DNA of 64,000 nt from Synergistaceae bacterium (GTDB taxonomy: Bacteria > Synergistota > Synergistia > Synergistales > 79-D21), in NCBI GenBank assembly GCA_012517195.1, contig JAAYVK010000039.1, positions 85 to 64,084 on the forward strand, given 5' to 3'. Below, piece by piece: positions 52,522 to 61,471 of this stretch (within the stretch, counting starts at the first letter, position 1; each line of letters starts with the position of its first letter). Made by a program: the position numbers and the translations under genes. A model generated the notes under the pieces. The model made no database searches. It saw nothing but the letters and a program-made list of their open reading frames with translations, and was not told where the DNA came from.

Positions 52522-53236
52522 CGCCGGCCACCCCCGAACCGTTTTCCCCGAACGTCCTGTCGATCAGGCGGAGGATTTCTATGACGACCTGTTCCACCGT
52601 CTTTTCGGTTGTGTCGACAACTATGGCGTTTTTGGGAACCGAAAGCGGGGCGATCTCACGGGTCGAATCCGTTTCATCCCGCGAGAGGACATCGGAGAGC
52701 ACTTGCTCGAACAGAACTTTTTCCCCCTTCGAGGATTGTTCGAGGAACCTCCTTCTTGCCCTTTCCTCAGCGCCCGCGGTCAGAAAGATTTTCAGACCCG
52801 CTTCCGGAAAGACGACGCTTCCCATGTCCCGCCCATCCGCAACAAGCCCTGGAAGAACAGCCTGGGATTGCTGCAGGTGCAACAGGCGTTTCCGAACCGA
52901 CGGCAAGGCGGCATAAAGGGAAACGATCCGGTCGATTTCAGGCGTGCGGAGAGCTTCCGACACGTCTTCGGCCCCGATGCGGACCCGGTCTCCTTCGAGC
53001 GTGAGCTGGAGATCCTCAAGGGCTGTACGCAAGGAGTCCTTTTCAGTCGGAGGAATCCCCTTTCGAGAAAGGAAAAGGGCGATCGCCCGGTAAAGCAATC
53101 CGGTATCGAGGTATCTCAATCCGGTTCTTGCGGCAACAGCCCTCGCCACGGTGCTTTTGCCGGAGCCCGCGGGTCCGTCGATGGTTACGATCCTGAGCCT
53201 GCGTTCTTCTTTGCCTTTCATCCGTTTTCTCCTCAT
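52511..53236 (-). CDS. cmk: cytidylate kinase
   Basis: IVTIDGPAGSGKSTVARAVA..LDTGLLYRA. ATGA overlap with rluB. Confidence 0.92.
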   Translation of the reverse strand: MRRKRMKGKEERRLRIVTIDGPAGSGKSTVARAVAARTGLRYLDTGLLYRAIALFLSRKGIPPTEKDSLRTALEDLQLTLEGDRVRIGAEDVSEALRTPEIDRIVSLYAALPSVRKRLLHLQQSQAVLPGLVADGRDMGSVVFPEAGLKIFLTAGAEERARRRFLEQSSKGEKVLFEQVLSDVLSRDETDSTREIAPLSVPKNAIVVDTTEKTVEQVVIEILRLIDRTFGENGSGVAGGAL

Positions 53237-53958
53237 CCCGCTATCCGTGCCAGGTCGTCCTGCCCGAGTTCACGAATTTCTCCTGTTCGTAGACCGCCGA
53301 TTTCAAGTTTCCCGATTGCGGTACGGATCAGGCGGATCACCCTGAACCCATGAGCTGCCGCCATGACTCTCAACTCCCTTTTCCTTCCTTCCCGGAGGGT
53401 CACTCGAATCCAGCTGCCGGATTTGCCGGGAACTTTTTCAACCCGGACGGGGCAAACCCACTTGCCTTCCACGATCGCTCCTTCTTCCCATTTTTTCAGA
53501 TCCTCAGGGGCTGGAACACGGTCCAGCCGAATCTCATAAATCTTCAGTACTCCGCCGGAGGGATGAATCATCTTTTGTGCAAAGGCCCCGTCATTCGTCA
53601 AAAGAAGGAGGCCTTCGCTTTCCTTGTCCAGCCTGCCCACCGGGAAAAGGCCCAAATCCAGGTACCAGGAAGGGAGCAGATCGAATATCGTTTTTTCTCT
53701 TCGATCGGAAACTGCACAGACGAAACCTCGAGGCTTGTTGAGAAGAAAATACCGCTTTGAAATTGGAGAAACAGGTTTCCCATCCAGGGTAACCTGCTGT
53801 CCGAGGAGGACCTTCGCCCCGGGTTTGGTTTGCGTTTCCCCGTCAATGGCGATTCTTCCCGACAGGATCAACTCCTCCACCTTTCGCCTGGATCCAAGCC
53901 CGCACTCGGCAAGATACCGATTCAGCCTTCTAGTTTCCGGTGTACCGGTGGGCATCAT
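53233..53958 (-). CDS. rluB: pseudouridine synthase (RsuA/RluB family)
   Basis: S4 domain (RLNRYLAECGLGSRRKVEELI) and catalytic GRLDKESEGLLLLTNDG. Confidence 0.88.
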   Translation of the reverse strand: MMPTGTPETRRLNRYLAECGLGSRRKVEELILSGRIAIDGETQTKPGAKVLLGQQVTLDGKPVSPISKRYFLLNKPRGFVCAVSDRREKTIFDLLPSWYLDLGLFPVGRLDKESEGLLLLTNDGAFAQKMIHPSGGVLKIYEIRLDRVPAPEDLKKWEEGAIVEGKWVCPVRVEKVPGKSGSWIRVTLREGRKRELRVMAAAHGFRVIRLIRTAIGKLEIGGLRTGEIRELGQDDLARIAG

Positions 53959-54542
53959 TGCCTCTCTCCCATTAAAAGGGCATCTTCGCCTTGCTGCTCG
54001 TCCTCGAGTTCCTCCAGGGTAGGCAGATCCGAAATCGAATCGAGGTTGAAGGCATCCAGGAAATTCGCTGTTGTCCGGAAAAGCAGGGGGGTCCCAGTGC
54101 CCTTTTTCCTGCCCGCAATCCGGATCAGGCCTAGCCTTAGAAGTGTTTCGATGACCTTGTCCGAACGAACTCCCCGGATTTCTTCAATTTCAGCTCGCGT
54201 AACGGGCTGTTTATAGGCAACCACGGAAAGGGTCTCCAGGGCGGCCCGGCTTAACCGGAGCGGCGGATTCTGGACGCTTTCCCGAAAACGGGAGACATTT
54301 TCCGAAAGTTCAGGGGCAGATGCAAGCTGCCATCCACCCGCAAGGCGGACCAGCCGGAAACCGTGCTCATTCTCATAATGAGTTTGCAGAGACCGGAAGC
54401 CTTCCAGGACTTCCTTTTCTCCTACGTTCAGCGTGCGGCAGACCTCTTCGACCGTTAACGGTTCCGCGGAGACGATCAGAAGTGACTCAAGGATTCTGGT
54501 GATTTCCATTCGGGATTCAGCAGAACTGGATGCAGGGGTCAC
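53955..54542 (-). CDS. scpB: segregation and condensation protein B
   Basis: ILESLLIVSAEPLTVEE..YKQPVTRAEIEEIRGV are ScpB motifs. GTG at 54542 has SD AGGAGG 9 nt upstream. Confidence 0.88.
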   Translation of the reverse strand: MTPASSSAESRMEITRILESLLIVSAEPLTVEEVCRTLNVGEKEVLEGFRSLQTHYENEHGFRLVRLAGGWQLASAPELSENVSRFRESVQNPPLRLSRAALETLSVVAYKQPVTRAEIEEIRGVRSDKVIETLLRLGLIRIAGRKKGTGTPLLFRTTANFLDAFNLDSISDLPTLEELEDEQQGEDALLMGERQ

Positions 54543-55257
54543 CGAAAGAATCCTCCTGGATAATTTTTAGCCTGCCCTGTCTTGCCAATTCAAGCAAAGC
54601 GAGCAAGGTCACGATGAAGTTCCGCCTCGGTGTCCGCGCTTTGAAAAGAACGCGAAGGGATATGCGGCCCCTTCCCTGAAAAGCATCCTCGATTTCCGCC
54701 ATTTTCCGCTCGACCAGGAGAAAGTCGCTCTCCAGGGCTTCAAACCCCAGCATTTCATCCGTCACTAGCCCCTCCGTTTCTCTCGAAAAGGGGGCCTTCG
54801 AAGCGAGAAGTTCCCACCAAAGCCGGGAGAGACTGAAAAGATCCCCATAGTCGTAAAGGCGGCATTCCTCTTCAATCTGCCTGACCCGGAATCTCTGTCT
54901 TTCTTCCAGCCGTCCCGCGAGGACGGTCGCGGCTTTTCGAAAGGGCCGATACCGCTGGATAGCAGCCCGCAGGACTTCATCCGGGTTTTCCTCCGCCAGC
55001 TCGGCCTGAAAACCGGGTTCTTCACAGGGCTGGGGGAAAAGCCCCCGCACCTTGCCCAGAAGAAGCCTCGCGGTCAGCGCGATAAACTCGCTGACTGCCC
55101 GGAAGGGAAGCGCCTTCTCGTTCAATAGGTAGGAAGAATAGGTCCGTATCAGATCACTGACCTGGATCCTGCTGGCCTGGATTTCCCCCGATTCAACGAG
55201 CCTGCAGAGAAGATCCAGGGGGCCGGAGAAATCCTCAAGCTCGATCTCAAACGCCAA
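54517..55257 (-). CDS. scpA: segregation and condensation protein A
   Basis: EDFSGPLDLLCRLVE..I.VSDLI. kleisin N-terminus, in an scpA-scpB pair. TTG at 55257 has SD GAGGGGAA 6 nt upstream. Confidence 0.88.
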   Translation of the reverse strand: MAFEIELEDFSGPLDLLCRLVESGEIQASRIQVSDLIRTYSSYLLNEKALPFRAVSEFIALTARLLLGKVRGLFPQPCEEPGFQAELAEENPDEVLRAAIQRYRPFRKAATVLAGRLEERQRFRVRQIEEECRLYDYGDLFSLSRLWWELLASKAPFSRETEGLVTDEMLGFEALESDFLLVERKMAEIEDAFQGRGRISLRVLFKARTPRRNFIVTLLALLELARQGRLKIIQEDSFGDPCIQFC

Positions 55258-55284
55258 AGCGGGTTCCCCTCGGGAGAATGCATC

Positions 55285-56274
55285 CTACCTGAACAGGCCG
55301 ATGGCTTGAACGATCTCGTCGATCGTCCCTTCAGCCACGACTTTCGCCCTGCGGGCGCCTTCGCGAAGGATGTCTCCAAGCTCGTCACCGTGCTGCTCAA
55401 AGTATCTCCGTCGTTGCTGGATCGGGATCAAAAGCTTCTCCAGATGGGCAAAAAGGGCTTTCTTGCACTCGATGCAGCCGATTTCCGCTGTTCTGCAGCC
55501 GTTTTCAAGCCGTTCTCTTTCTTCCAGATCCGGATTGAAGACCTTCTGAATGTCCCACACCGGGCAAACGTCAGGATTTCCAGGATCCTTCCGGCGTTCC
55601 CTCTGGGGGTCGGTTTTCATCGTTCGGAGTTTTTCCCAGAGTTCTTTCAGATCTTCTGAAATGTTCAGCGAATTTCCGTATGATTTGCTCATCTTCCTCC
55701 CGTCCGTACCCGGGACCTTCGGCGTCGGAGTCAGCAGGGTTTCCGGCTCGGGGAAGATCGGACCGTAAAAGTAGTTGAACCTCCGGGCGATTTCCCGGGT
55801 CAACTCAAGGTGTGCGGATTGGTCCTCCCCTACCGGGACCCGGGAGGCTTTGTAAAGGAGGATGTCGCCAGCCATCAGCACAGGGTAACCAAGAAAGGCG
55901 TAGGTTCCGAGGTCCTTGTTCTGCATGTTCCGGATCTGGTCCTTGTAGGTCGGGCAGCGTTCAAGCCACCCAAGCGGCGTGATCATGGAAAGCGCCAGGT
56001 GGATTTCCGTGTGCTGGGGAACCATCGATTGGACGAAAATGCTGCACTTTTCCGGGTCCAGCCCCGAAGCCAGCCAGTCGAGGATCACTTCCCGGCAGTT
56101 GGACCTGATCTGTCCCGAATCGGCATACTCGGACATGAGAGCATGCCAATCCACGATCGAGTAGAAGCACTCGTACTCGTCCTGAAGTTTCACCCAGTTC
56201 GTCAGGGCCCCCGCCAGGTGTCCGAGGTGCAGCTTTCCGGTAGGTCGCATGCCGCTGAAAACTCGTTCTTTCAC
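55285..56274 (-). CDS. trpS: tryptophan--tRNA ligase
   Basis: VFSGMRPTGKLHLGH (HIGH) and KMSKS (GRKMSKSYGN). GTG at 56274 has SD GAGGAGTGA 6 nt upstream. Confidence 0.95.
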   Translation of the reverse strand: MKERVFSGMRPTGKLHLGHLAGALTNWVKLQDEYECFYSIVDWHALMSEYADSGQIRSNCREVILDWLASGLDPEKCSIFVQSMVPQHTEIHLALSMITPLGWLERCPTYKDQIRNMQNKDLGTYAFLGYPVLMAGDILLYKASRVPVGEDQSAHLELTREIARRFNYFYGPIFPEPETLLTPTPKVPGTDGRKMSKSYGNSLNISEDLKELWEKLRTMKTDPQRERRKDPGNPDVCPVWDIQKVFNPDLEERERLENGCRTAEIGCIECKKALFAHLEKLLIPIQQRRRYFEQHGDELGDILREGARRAKVVAEGTIDEIVQAIGLFR

Positions 56275-56287
56275 GATCGATCACTCC

Positions 56288-57091
56288 TCATGCGTATGTG
56301 CTTCGGTTCCCCAGGTCAAAAAAACCGACCGGTTCCTCTTCAGGAAGGACTTCGGCCGGAAGACCTGTTCCTGCCATTATAAGCTGACTCAGGCCTTCAA
56401 GGGATGCGGCTTCCATCTCTCCATGGTCGCAGGTCAGAAGCGAAAGCCCGAGGAACCGCCCTTCAAGCATCTCATGATAACGCAGGTCCGCGGTAACAAA
56501 GGCATCGGCTCCCATTCGGCTGGCTTCGGCGATCAAACCGCCCCCGGAACCGCCGCAGAGGGCGAGCCTCCGGATGACGGAATCACCTTTCCCCTGAACG
56601 CGGATCCAGGACAACCCCCAGCTTTCTCGGAGAAAGGCCGAAAGTTCTCCCAACTGGAGAGGCTTTTTCAGTACTCCGACGGCCCCGGTTCCCCAGGCTC
56701 CCCCCTGGCCCGGAAGCAGAGGAAGCACATCGTTGAGCCCGGCCTTCTCGGAGAGGATTCGATTGACGCCTTTCGGGGAAGCGTCCCAGTTGGTGTGAAC
56801 GGCATAGAGAGCGATTCCTGCCTTGATGGAATGGAACAGGGAAGCCCCCGAGAGTGTTTCCGGCAAAACCCTGGGTGTCGGTCGAATCAAAACCGGGTGA
56901 TGCGTGACCAGGACATTCGCACCGATAGCGGATGCCTTCCGGATCGAGTCCAGGGTGGCGTTCAGGCTGATGGCGACTTTCTCAACCTGTGAGTCCAGAT
57001 CTCCCGACAGCAACCCGGGATTATCCCATTGCTCCGACCATGCGCCGGGGATCAGGCGGTCAAGTTGATTCGCAAACTCGCGCAGTTTCAT
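56288..57091 (-). CDS. Nif3-like dinuclear metal center protein (YqfO/YbgI family)
   Basis: DNPGLL..VLVTHHPVL..HTNWD..GGGSGG are NIF3 signatures. ATG at 57091 has SD AAGGGGGG 7 nt upstream. Confidence 0.85.
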   Translation of the reverse strand: MKLREFANQLDRLIPGAWSEQWDNPGLLSGDLDSQVEKVAISLNATLDSIRKASAIGANVLVTHHPVLIRPTPRVLPETLSGASLFHSIKAGIALYAVHTNWDASPKGVNRILSEKAGLNDVLPLLPGQGGAWGTGAVGVLKKPLQLGELSAFLRESWGLSWIRVQGKGDSVIRRLALCGGSGGGLIAEASRMGADAFVTADLRYHEMLEGRFLGLSLLTCDHGEMEAASLEGLSQLIMAGTGLPAEVLPEEEPVGFFDLGNRSTYA

Positions 57092-57114
57092 TGCCAAGCC
57101 CCCCTTGCAAAAAG

Positions 57115-57139
57115 AAAAGCCACCGGCTGGTGGCTTTTT
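57115..57139 (-). terminator. terminator after tRNA(CAU), potentially bidirectional
   Basis: GCCACC-GGCT/AGCC-GGTGGC stem flanked by an A-run and a T-run. The minus strand reads ..GCCACCAGCCGGTGGC TTTTCTTTTT. Confidence 0.65.
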
Positions 57140-57150
57140 ATTTCGCTCGC

Positions 57151-57227
57151 TGGTGGGCCCACCTGGAATCGAACCAGGAACCTTCCGGTTATGAGCCGGT
57201 GGCTCTAACCAATTGAGCTATGGGCCC
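57151..57227 (-). tRNA. tRNA with CAU anticodon (elongator Met or lysidine-type Ile2; not initiator), CCA encoded
   Basis: Manual cloverleaf: acceptor GGGCCCA/TGGGCCC, D-arm GCTC-AATTGGTTA-GAGC, anticodon loop CTCATAA, T-arm CCTGG-TTCGATT-CCAGG, discriminator A. No C1:A72 mismatch and no GGG/CCC anticodon stem. Confidence 0.88.
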
Positions 57228-57237
57228 CAATACGGAA

Positions 57238-57420
57238 CTATTCGTTTACCGTGATGCAGCCGACCGGGCAACTGTCGGCAGCTTCCTGGGCGCACTCGGC
57301 TCCCTCTGCCCGGATGACCTTTGCCTTACCTGCATCTTCGTCGAGTTCGAACACTTCCGGGCAAATCTGGGAACAGACTCCGCAACCGATGCATTCTTCC
57401 TGGTTGACTTTTACATGCAT
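57238..57420 (-). CDS. small single-cluster [4Fe-4S] ferredoxin
   Basis: MHVKVNQEECIGCGVCSQICPEVFELDEDAGKA..CAQEAADSCPVGCI has the CxxCxxC...CP pattern of Thermotoga/Pyrococcus-type ferredoxins. ATG at 57420 has SD AAGGAGGTGA. Confidence 0.85.
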   Translation of the reverse strand: MHVKVNQEECIGCGVCSQICPEVFELDEDAGKAKVIRAEGAECAQEAADSCPVGCITVNE

Positions 57421-57485
57421 AAAAGGGGTCACCTCCTTCGCGAAACCGATTTTAACTCAGCGGCGATGGGGCGTCAAACCGCCTT

Positions 57486-58289
57486 CTAACTCACGATCGA
57501 AACCAGGGGAGTGCCATCCTGGGATTTTTCCAGGCGAAGCAGGGCTCGATAATCCGCTACCGCCTTTTTGGCAGGCTCTGCTGAAGCGATGAAAACTCCA
57601 GTCCCTACGACTTCCGCCTTGAACTCCTTTGCCATCAGAAGCATCCCGGCCGCCGTGCTGCCTCCCCGCATATAGTCGTCGACCAGGAGAACCCGCTTCC
57701 CTTTTTGAAGCTGACGGGTCCCGAGATACATTGCCTGGACATCACCGGTCCCGGTGGGATAATGAACAGCGACCGCAGGCCCGTCCGAAGCTCGGTTGCG
57801 AAAGCGGCAGACAGCAAGGGGGAGGCCGAGACAGTGGGCGGTGAAGAGCGCGAGCGGAATTCCCTTGACTTCGGAAGTCATGACGACATCCGCTTCGCAT
57901 TCCAGGAAATCGGAAGCCAGGGCCATTCCGAGGCTAAAGGCATACATCGGGTCGAAAAGGATGTCTCCGTAATAAATCAAACCTCCCGGCAAAACCCGGT
58001 CCCTGTCGGACAGCAGTTTTGCGACGGTTTCCAGGATTTCCTTCCGCTTGTGACGGGACAAGGTCGGAAGGAAAGACGCTCCCCCCGTTCGGCCCCGGTC
58101 CACGGAGATCGTTCCGATTCCCTCTTCCGTGAGGGATGAATTGATGATCGAAACGTCATCGCTGATGACGGTTTTGGAAACCCTGAACCCCTCTGCCATC
58201 TGGGTCATGGAAATCAGGCGGGAAGGGAAAAGCAGGAAACGGGAAGCGATTCGAACAAGACGTTCAGTTCTCTGGATTTTCACCGTCAT
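57486..58289 (-). CDS. purR: pur operon repressor (B. subtilis-type PurR, PRT fold)
   Basis: RTERLVRIASRFLLFPSRLISMTQMAEGFRVSKTVISDDVSII wHTH, plus a PRT domain (VLLVDDYMRGGSTA). ispE-purR synteny. The ATG shares 1 nt with the ispE stop. Confidence 0.88.
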   Translation of the reverse strand: MTVKIQRTERLVRIASRFLLFPSRLISMTQMAEGFRVSKTVISDDVSIINSSLTEEGIGTISVDRGRTGGASFLPTLSRHKRKEILETVAKLLSDRDRVLPGGLIYYGDILFDPMYAFSLGMALASDFLECEADVVMTSEVKGIPLALFTAHCLGLPLAVCRFRNRASDGPAVAVHYPTGTGDVQAMYLGTRQLQKGKRVLLVDDYMRGGSTAAGMLLMAKEFKAEVVGTGVFIASAEPAKKAVADYRALLRLEKSQDGTPLVSIVS

Positions 58290-59140
58290 CACTCCCAGAA
58301 GAAGATTCTTTCGACCCCCGCTGCATGGGCAAGCATCTCGCCGCATCCCGCGCAGTCCGCATCTGGGGGGAAGAGCGCAAAAGCAGCGCTTCCGCTCCCG
58401 GAAAGTCCCCATGCCAGGGCGCCTGCCTTTTCAGCGAGACCGAAAATTTCATAATATTCGCTGTGCCTTTCAAGAAGGACGTCCAGGAAATCGTTTGGGA
58501 GCAAACCGGCCTTTCGCCCGGAGGCAAGGAGAGACAAAACCGTTTCGCTTTCCTCGATGGCCTTCTCTTCGGGCGTCCAGCGACCGGCCGCTTTCCTGTC
58601 GATTTCCCGGTAGGCCTGGGCGGTTTCGGACCGCCAGCAGGGAATTAGAACCAAACCGGAAAGACGGAATGTTCCAGGAATCGGTTCAAGTCTTTCCCCC
58701 ATCCCTCCAACTCTTGCGATGGGCGCGGAACCGCAAAGGAAGGGCACGTCCGCTCCGATTTCCTTTTCGAATCCGAAAACCTCGGGGCCGCCGAAGGTTC
58801 GTTTTGCCCATTCGATCAAAGCCGCGGCATTCCCGCTTCCCGCCCCAAGCCCCGTTCCCGGGGGGATCGCCTTGTAAAGTTCGATTTCTACGCTTTGGGA
58901 TGCGAGGTTGGCTTTCCGAAGACGTTTCAGTGCTTTATCGATGATATTTTCGTTCTTGATAACACAATTGTAAACCATTATTCGGTCTTTTGCGGTGGGG
59001 GATGGCGTTCGGATAAGAAGGAATTCCGGTCCTCCGACCCGGAAAAAAACCGACTGCAGCTCGTGCAAGCCATTTTCTTTCTGCCCTGTTATGCGGAGCG
59101 TGAGGTTGAGTTTCAGCGGTGACGAAAGCAGATATTCCAT
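58289..59140 (-). CDS. ispE: 4-diphosphocytidyl-2-C-methyl-D-erythritol kinase
   Basis: SPLKLNLTLRITG..KAIPPGTGLGAGSGNAAA is the GHMP kinase motif. ATG at 59140 has SD GGGGGAG. Confidence 0.92.
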   Translation of the reverse strand: MEYLLSSPLKLNLTLRITGQKENGLHELQSVFFRVGGPEFLLIRTPSPTAKDRIMVYNCVIKNENIIDKALKRLRKANLASQSVEIELYKAIPPGTGLGAGSGNAAALIEWAKRTFGGPEVFGFEKEIGADVPFLCGSAPIARVGGMGERLEPIPGTFRLSGLVLIPCWRSETAQAYREIDRKAAGRWTPEEKAIEESETVLSLLASGRKAGLLPNDFLDVLLERHSEYYEIFGLAEKAGALAWGLSGSGSAAFALFPPDADCAGCGEMLAHAAGVERIFFWE

Positions 59141-59179
59141 GATGACTCCCCCTTCTCCAGATGGAGGCAACTGAAAAAA

Positions 59180-59202
59180 GGCCCCGGCATTGTGCCGAGG
59201 CC
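59180..59202 (-). terminator. rho-independent terminator after veg
   Basis: The minus strand reads GGCCTCGGCA-CAA-TGCCGGGGCC followed by TTTTTTC, 17 nt after the veg stop. Confidence 0.65.
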
Positions 59203-59219
59203 TTTTCCTTCGGAATTTT

Positions 59220-59465
59220 CTAGAATAGTTTTTCGTGTCCAGGCAAGATTTCCAATTCGACCTCTTTTGTTAAAAGCTCGACATAGCTGAAGGAAACCGT
59301 GCTCTGCTGTGATTCCACATACATCGTGAACAGGTTGGGGTATGTTTCTAGGATAACCCCCTGCCGCTCCTCAACCTTCCGTCTTCCTTTCGTCGCCCGG
59401 TAGCGAACCTTTTCTCCCTTGTGAACCGCTACCTGGGCCCGAATCCTGCAAAGATCTCCGCTCAT
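59220..59465 (-). CDS. veg: Veg (DUF1021) protein
   Basis: KGEKVRYRATKGRRKVEERQGVILETYPNLFTMYVE..VSFSYVELLTKEVEL parallels B. subtilis Veg ([38 protein letters not shown]). ATG at 59465 lies downstream of the predicted promoter. Confidence 0.85.
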   Translation of the reverse strand: MSGDLCRIRAQVAVHKGEKVRYRATKGRRKVEERQGVILETYPNLFTMYVESQQSTVSFSYVELLTKEVELEILPGHEKLF

Positions 59466-59494
59466 CGACTTCACTCCCAGGAGCATTTTGTCGC

Positions 59495-59523
59495 ATTTTA
59501 CCACACAATTAGGGAAAAAACAA
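59495..59523 (-). promoter_or_regulatory. putative strong sigma-A promoter of veg
   Basis: On the minus strand, TTGTTT (59523-59518), 17-nt spacer, extended -10 TGgTAAAAT (-10 at 59500-59495). Confidence 0.55.
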
Positions 59524-59545
59524 GGATTTCACAGATGCCTTCGGC

Positions 59546-61471
59546 TCAAAGCCTCGTTTGCCGAAGAATTCGTTTTTCCCCGACCCTCCTGGTTACTCCG
59601 ATTGAATCCATGTACTCCAAAAAGGGCAGAGCATACTTTCTCGATGATCCGGAAAGATCCCTGAACGCCGCAAGTGTAATGCCATCCCCGCACTTCCGAA
59701 GGATCTCGATCCCCTTCTCCAGGATTTCGCGGGAAAGGACGAGATCACCGCCGATCACGTGGATTTGCGAGTTTTCCCTGAGCTGGCGAAGAAGGTTGGA
59801 AAATTCCCGGCGGTCCAGGCCGGTTTCAAGTAAGGCCTCCTCCAGGGAGGGCAATTCGAAACCCCGTTTACGGCAAAGCCCCAGAAGGCGCTCCGTCTCC
59901 TTCTCGTACCGGGAAGCTTCCCTTTGTTCGAAACCGCTCAATGCAACACGGTTTTCAAAAATACGCAGAAGCCCCTTGTCAGCGAAATGGGAAAGGGCCG
60001 CCTTTGCAAGCCTTGGGTCTTCTCCCCGGAAAAGTCCCGCGAGCGCTTCCTCGAAGGTCATCCCGGCCAGGTGCGGTTCCCGTTCGTGAAAGCGGGATAG
60101 CCGCTCGGAAAGCAGGGCCCATTCGGTTTCCATCCGTTTCCTGGAAATCAGCCAGGTCAACCCGGAAGAAAGGACAACGACAGACTCCCTGACCCGCTGG
60201 TCCTCAAGAACATCCTTCAGGTCCAGAACAGGAAGCTGGGTGATTTCCGAAGCTCTCTCCAGCGTCACGACGCCGACCTCCCCGAGGATTGCCCCGATCC
60301 TTCCGGAAAAGCTTTGCGAAAAGGAAAGCCGACGAATCATTTCCTGGTAGCAATCTTTTTTCTCCCGGTTCCGGGGCTTCCACCCATAGGGGAAAAGAAC
60401 CTGTCCTCCCCCTATCGTCTGGAGAGGGCTATAGGAACGAATGACGAAGCGCTGCCCGTACGCAGCTGTAATCGGTTCTTCCAGCACAAGCTGGGCCAGG
60501 CTGCTTTCACCGGGATGGATTTTTGCCGAGGGGTCAAAAAAGCAAACCCGGCAAAGGATGTCCGAAGTCCCAATATGCAGCCGGACGCGCTGCCAGTGCT
60601 TAATCGGCTCCTTGTTGCCCTTCAGGGATTTCAGGGCAACGTCCAGGCACTGGGTCGGTTTGAAGAGAGAAGGGCTGCAGAGGACGTCACCGCGGCGGAT
60701 CTCCTTGAAAGAGATCCCCGCAAGATTTACCGCGGTCCTTTGACCGGCAAAGGCTGCCTCGACCGGAGCCTCGTGCACCTCCAGGCTCCTGACCCGGGCG
60801 ATCTTCCCCGAAGGAAGGAGCTGAACCTCCTCCCCGACCCTGATCACTCCGCTGTATGTCGTTCCTGTGATCACAGTACCGAATCCAGAAATCGGGAAAA
60901 CCCGGTCGACGGGAAGGAAAAACGGCCCCTTGCTGGAACGTGGCTTCAAAGCTTGGGAAAGTTTCCGGATCTCCGAAAGCAATTCTGTAATACCGGTTCC
61001 ATTCAAGGCGGACACAGGGACAATCGGCGCGCTTTCCAGGAAACTGCCCTTCAGGAGGGCGCGAACATCTTCCAGGGCCAGTTCAAGGAATTCCGGGTCT
61101 ACCCGGTCGACTTTCGTCAGCGCCACGAGACCGTTTTCGATGCCCAGCAGCTGGAGGATATCGAGGTGTTCGCGCGTTTGCGGCATCACGCCCTCATCCG
61201 CGGCCACGACAAAAAGCACCGCGTCAATACCGGCTATTCCGGCAACCATTTGCCGGATGAACCGCTCGTGGCCCGGGACATCGACAATGCTGACGGTCGT
61301 CCCGTCGGGAAGCTCCAGCGGGGCAAAACCGAGTTCAATCGTGATGCCCCTTCTCTTTTCCTCCTCGAGCCGGTCACAGTCGACCCCCGTCAAAGCCCTG
61401 ACGAGAGCCGTCTTCCCATGATCGATGTGCCCGGCCGTTCCGAAAACAAGGGGAATTTCATGACGCTTCAT
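59546..61471 (-). CDS. selB: selenocysteine-specific translation elongation factor
   Basis: G domain GTAGHIDHGKTALVRALTG..DVPGHERF..TKVD, and a long C-terminal winged-helix (SECIS-binding) extension. Coupled to selA by a 14-nt overlap. Confidence 0.93.
   Translation of the reverse strand: MKRHEIPLVFGTAGHIDHGKTALVRALTGVDCDRLEEEKRRGITIELGFAPLELPDGTTVSIVDVPGHERFIRQMVAGIAGIDAVLFVVAADEGVMPQTREHLDILQLLGIENGLVALTKVDRVDPEFLELALEDVRALLKGSFLESAPIVPVSALNGTGITELLSEIRKLSQALKPRSSKGPFFLPVDRVFPISGFGTVITGTTYSGVIRVGEEVQLLPSGKIARVRSLEVHEAPVEAAFAGQRTAVNLAGISFKEIRRGDVLCSPSLFKPTQCLDVALKSLKGNKEPIKHWQRVRLHIGTSDILCRVCFFDPSAKIHPGESSLAQLVLEEPITAAYGQRFVIRSYSPLQTIGGGQVLFPYGWKPRNREKKDCYQEMIRRLSFSQSFSGRIGAILGEVGVVTLERASEITQLPVLDLKDVLEDQRVRESVVVLSSGLTWLISRKRMETEWALLSERLSRFHEREPHLAGMTFEEALAGLFRGEDPRLAKAALSHFADKGLLRIFENRVALSGFEQREASRYEKETERLLGLCRKRGFELPSLEEALLETGLDRREFSNLLRQLRENSQIHVIGGDLVLSREILEKGIEILRKCGDGITLAAFRDLSGSSRKYALPFLEYMDSIGVTRRVGEKRILRQTRL

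Noticed and set aside
56275-56287. T-box leader upstream of trpS
   Set aside because: Only 13 nt separate trpS from the preceding nif3 gene, so there is no room for a roughly 200-nt T-box. trpS appears to be co-transcribed.
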